From NCBI GenBank assembly GCA_012295275.1, contig CM022670.1, positions 18,228,001 to 18,292,000 on the forward strand: a stretch of 64,000 nt of DNA, written 5' to 3'. Source of the DNA: Chrysomallon squamiferum (lineage: Eukaryota; Animalia; Mollusca). The translations under genes were made by a program, and so were the position numbers. The notes under the pieces are model-generated. The model saw nothing but the letters and a program-made list of their open reading frames with translations, had not been told where the DNA came from and did no database searches. Below, piece after piece: positions 59,475-64,000 of this stretch. Within the stretch, counting starts at the first letter, position 1. Each line of letters starts with the position of its first letter.

Positions 59475-61129
59475 CAGTCATAAGAAGCAAACACAAATAA
59501 TGTTGATTTAGTAATTAATGAAACAAAAAACAAAAAGATAATAAAATAGAAACATTATTTAATAATGTTATGATCTGAATGCAAAAGCTAGATAATAATA
59601 TCTAAATATATGAGAAATGGATGTAATTAAATTTAAAAATTGAAGATTTTTTTTTATTGGAAATCACAAATACACATTTTGGTCAGAGATATAAGTTATA
59701 ATAATTAAAAATGAATTGAAAAAGCAAATAAAAGTAAAGTAATAAAATGTTTTGTTTTTGTTTTTAAATATAACCTAAAACTTATTTGATTAAAGTATAG
59801 AACAATTTTAATATAAATGTACGTCTTCGGCTGTTTTACTTTCAACTCAGGATCTATCACTAAAGATTTCTGTGACTGTAGTAATAATCTGAACTCACGT
59901 GAACATGACAATGAGTCTGATGACAGATGGAAACCATCAGAACATTCACAACGTCTGCCAACTGCTGTTGAAATACAGATCTGTTCACAGCCATTATTAT
60001 TTTCTGTACAGGCATTGGTATCTGTAACATATATATCTTATACTTTCCACATGGCAAATTGCTACATTAAAGATCAATCCCCTAAAAAGGAGTGCCAAAT
60101 GTTGATTTAAAAATTATGAAAGAGATATTTCACATTTTAAAAATAGTTTTAAACACACATCCATGCACACACACACATACAAAAATGAACAGACATACAA
60201 TTAGCACATCCCATGTGCACTTATGTCAATAAAGCTTATTTTATTTTCTGTTAAATATTTATGATCCACACATTCACGCACACACACAACATACTCATTT
60301 ATAACACAGCAAGTTTTCAACTTTACCAAGTGACTGCTTTTGAAAATTCATTCTTAAAGTAGAAATTTGTAAAGCATAAAATCATTCCCATAGATGCAAA
60401 ATAAAAACAGAATTTGACATAATATATATATATATATATTTATGTTGGTTCCTAAATGCATAACCTGTTATTTACTTGTCATAATTAAAAAAGAAAAATG
60501 GTAAATAAATAAATGCAGTAAATAGGAAAGAAGTGTTTAATCTTAATTAATTATTCAGTTGTTGATAGTTTGACACTCAATGGTTAATTCAGAGAATTAA
60601 CTTTATTTATTTATCTTATTTTCTTTATTTTTTTTTCTTACCATTATGAAATGTACCAGCCTGAAAAACAGTTATTCCATTTAGACGTTGAAACTTGGGT
60701 GCTGTAATTCTTGTGATGTTGCGTCCATCTAAATATACCCTATCAACTTCACTGTTTAAAAAAGAAGAAGAAGAAGAAAGTGCATTGAAAGCCTTCCCCA
60801 TATGACCTAGCCACTGTTACTTAATTTGTATAAACTACTTTATTGGGTTTACTTCTAAATTTTCATAAAACTGTCTTACTGTTATATTTACTTAACCACA
60901 AAGTGAAACTTTTTTCACTGTTTTTAGTTAAATATAGATTTTTCAAAAAATATTTAAATTCATTTTACTTACTTTGAACTCCAGTCAGAGACGTAGAGGA
61001 TTTCTTGAAAAAGATATATTCCAAAAGGATGTTGTAGTGTACCAGATGAGAGAACAGTTCTGTTACTGCCATCAAAACCCATTTCTTCAACTGTCTCCAA
61101 TTTTGCATCGCACCAGTACATCTTTTGTG
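49524..61129 (-). pseudogene. 5'-truncated duplicate of the YWTD/EGF/FN3-like gene (exons 5 to end with open frames; exons 1-4 absent)
   Basis: Exon 5 copy at 61129-60973 through last coding exon copy 49555-49524; microexon copies at 50682-50671 and 49988-49977. I saw no stop codon, frameshift or lost GT/AG. Homology ends at TA 61306-61307. Confidence 0.75.
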
Positions 61130-61307
61130 CTAGCAAACAGTGAAAAGAAATAAAACAAATAAAAATAAGACTTAAGGAAAGAACTATAAATACACTTACT
61201 TTTTTTCTTTCTGTAGAATAATTTATTTCTAACAATAACCAGAAAGAAAAAAAAAAAGGTTTTAAGTTTGAAGCCTTAAACATTAAATAAAAATGTTTTT
61301 AGCTGTA

Positions 61308-62070
61308 CAGTATTCCCTCGCTATTCGCGGGGGTTACGTTCTTTACCCCCCCCCCTCCCCGCGAATATCGAAAAACCGCGAATATTGGATGCAGTTTTAA
61401 AACGTCTATTATGAGATTATATACGGTACTAAATGCTTCCCAAACACTTTCTAAAGACACTCTTACTCATTAATACAGTAATAATGTAGTAATATTGCAT
61501 GTAGTTATGTATTTCACTAATGTAGTAATGATAATGTAAACACATTTTAATTTTGTACTGAAACAATATTTTAATCAGAAAGAAACGTAAGTGCAGGAGG
61601 ACAGTAACACCGCATAGCATAGTTACCCATACAGTATTACTGTACCGTAAAGTCATTTTCTATGCGTACAACATATGTATTAGAATTGACAGAAAGTGGA
61701 ACAAATTTAAAGGCAAACAGACAGATAAATACAGTACGCACAGTTCAGGTAATAATAATACAATTCAGTAATAATATGCAATTAAAAACATTATTAATAC
61801 ACGGTCACAAAAAATATGCACTGTACATACAGTGTATGCATTTATAAAAAAATACGTACTGTATTGCAATAATAATTGAAAAAAATTGATATTGTTTGTG
61901 CTGTCACCAATAATGAATGATAATAAAATGATGATGAAATTTGCAGTGCCATACGATGATGATGATAACACTAATGTACAGTATGGCACAGCTTAGCTGC
62001 TGCTTTACAGCACTTTAGGTAATTATTCCTAGTCTTCAGGCACTTAAGTCTCTATGACCTACAAAAACCC
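61308..62070. mobile_element. Truncated Tc1/mariner (pogo/Tigger-like) non-autonomous DNA transposon
   Basis: Starts after a host TA with CAGTATTCCCTCGCTATTCGCGG, which resembles pogo/Tigger termini. Subterminal inverted CCGCGAATA repeats at ~61359 and ~61376. No second TIR or transposase was seen; the right boundary is approximate. Confidence 0.7.
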
Positions 62071-62650
62071 GTAAAAAGGTTGAGAAACGATGCTCCATAC
62101 TAAAATCTAAGACATTCATTGTAGGTTAACACATTGTGTACAGTGGTTCGTTCCATAATATATATTTAATTTAACAAAATTCTTTTAAAAGACAACAACA
62201 ACAAAATAAAAAATCCATAACTTGCTAAAGTTAGAGAACTTATTTTATTTTCGGAAGTTAACATTTAAAATGTTTACAGCTTTTTTCTTCCTTAACAGTA
62301 TGGTACATATTACAGATTAATTAATTATCACGTGGAAAACATTAACGATTATTATTATTATTATTATTATTAACAAGACTAACAAAAGACCAAGGAAAGT
62401 TTTATTTGAACTGTTTACAGCTTTTGACCTCCTTAATAGTATCGTACATACTACAGAAAAAGTATCACTTGGAAAACATCAACTTCCTTGTATGCAACGA
62501 AGAGTAAGAGGTCACATTTCCGAGAAGAACATTTTGTTTCCGCAAAATCTTTGTTATCCTCACGTCCTGCAACATCGCCTATCACTTTCGCGAAGCACGC
62601 GTAAGAAACAACAGCAGTAAAACAAACAAAAAAGCGATGTATTAATAACA

Positions 62651-62973
62651 ATGGATGAATTTTTCCCATTTATTTTCGTTTGTGTTTTGTCAGTCAGTTT
62701 GGGACAAAGTGAGTAAAATGAACATGAAGTTATTATTTTTTCATTTTTACACTCTTTACTAACAATAAAGTATTGTAAGCTCGTAACGATGCGTGGAGAT
62801 TGACATTTGTCCTTTCAGACTGACATAATTTTCATACAGAAATTGTAGAAGAGGGAAAATAACAGATACATGATAGATTAACTTGATTTCGTGACTGATT
62901 TATTTGCATACATACGTTCTAACATTAATGCATGCATGCAGACGTGCAAATATAAGTATGAAAATAGGTATGC

Positions 62974-63035
<62 letters not shown>

Positions 63036-63479
63036 AGCGTCTTTATTATTAATACTGAAATGAAATATTTTAAAGCTGTGAAAGTTTTTCAATAAAATTT
63101 ATTCATTTATATATGTTTAATTCTTATGATACATTATCGTTGTTGATATTATTACTGTTGTTGTTATTTTATTTTATTTCATCGTTGGTGTTTCTGCTGC
63201 TGTTGCAGCTGCTGTTATTGTTACTATTACTACTGTTTTACACAGGATCGGGACATGTATACATACTTGTCACAGATAATCATGCTGACAGTATTTGGAA
63301 AATTGATGTTAACAACAGCAGCTGCACTGCTATTTCTGTAACAGATCACATTAACCCAATCGCTCTTGATTATGATCCTGTTCAAAACAAAATCTACTGG
63401 ACAGATGTTTCGAGAAAGGATATTAGATGCTGTGGTTTCGACGGCGAGGATGTAACATTGGTTTATAAACTAAATTCAG
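62651..63479 (+). CDS. 5' end (exons 1-2) of a second, more diverged YWTD-propeller secreted protein; continues beyond the window
   Basis: Exon 62651-62708 (MDEFFPFIFVCVLSVSLGQ, then A|GTGAGT, phase 1). Exon 63246-63479 (234 nt, same length and phase as 42224-41991): SGHVYILVTD..NPIALDYDPVQNKIYWTDVSRKDIRCCGFDGED..SG. Confidence 0.85.
62978..63032. repeat. (GA)n microsatellite
   Basis: Perfect dinucleotide run in intron 1 of the plus-strand paralog. Confidence 0.95.
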
Positions 63480-64000
63480 GTATTTCTAATATATACACCT
63501 GCATATATATTCAGTCCAGATCCATTTCTTAGGTGTTAGAAAGACGCACAAATACCCACAGCTAACTTTAGTACTGATTAAAGAAAACAAAAAACATATA
63601 AACAAAACAAAAAATAAGATACCTTATTATTATTATCGTTGTTATCATCATTATCATTATTTTTTTTAAATATTGCCCCTTCTAGGAAACATTTGCTTTC
63701 ATTCATGATTTCGATTGAACCATGAAAAGAATTTAGCAGTCTTAAAGTTATAGCAGTCAAGTATTTAGCAGTCATTAATGTTTTATGCAGCTTTAAGGGT
63801 ATAAGAAAATAAATTCTATGTATAACCTAGCTGAATGAATTGCATTCTCGTTGCTTTAGTAACATTTTAAATTCCACTTTCTGTTTCTCGCTATCCGTAC
63901 GTAACATATGCACGTACCTGAGTTTTAATCAAGTGTTTGTATATCGAAGTAAAAATAGTTGAATACCTCGCTGTATTGTGGCTTTATTTTTGTTATATAT

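Overview
AT-rich, microsatellite-rich, intron-containing animal genomic DNA; it looks like an invertebrate, possibly a mollusc, but that is inference only. There are no prokaryotic features. From left to right: (1) a single-exon 647-aa ORF of unknown function; (2) an Mpv17/PMP22-family gene (MPV17L2-like) on the minus strand, head-to-head with (3) a complete 10-exon PPM1G/PP2C-gamma gene (761 aa, about 400-aa acidic/Ser insert); (4) a convergent minus-strand gene of about 23 exons encoding a secreted protein of about 1150 aa (signal peptide, YWTD propeller, EGF, Cys-rich, Ig/FN3-like), with two 12-nt microexons created by a tandem duplication of about 710 bp; (5) a diverged tandem segmental duplicate (about 44990-62180, copying about 18140-44115). 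In the duplicate the PPM1G fragment is destroyed by three deletions, while the YWTD-gene copy keeps open exons 5 to end but has lost exons 1-4 at a pogo/Tigger-like transposon junction; (6) the first two exons of an older YWTD paralog on the plus strand. Several hAT-type MITEs help order these events. Exon models were built by hand from GT-AG sites and frame continuity, and the 3' end of the YWTD gene is the least certain part.
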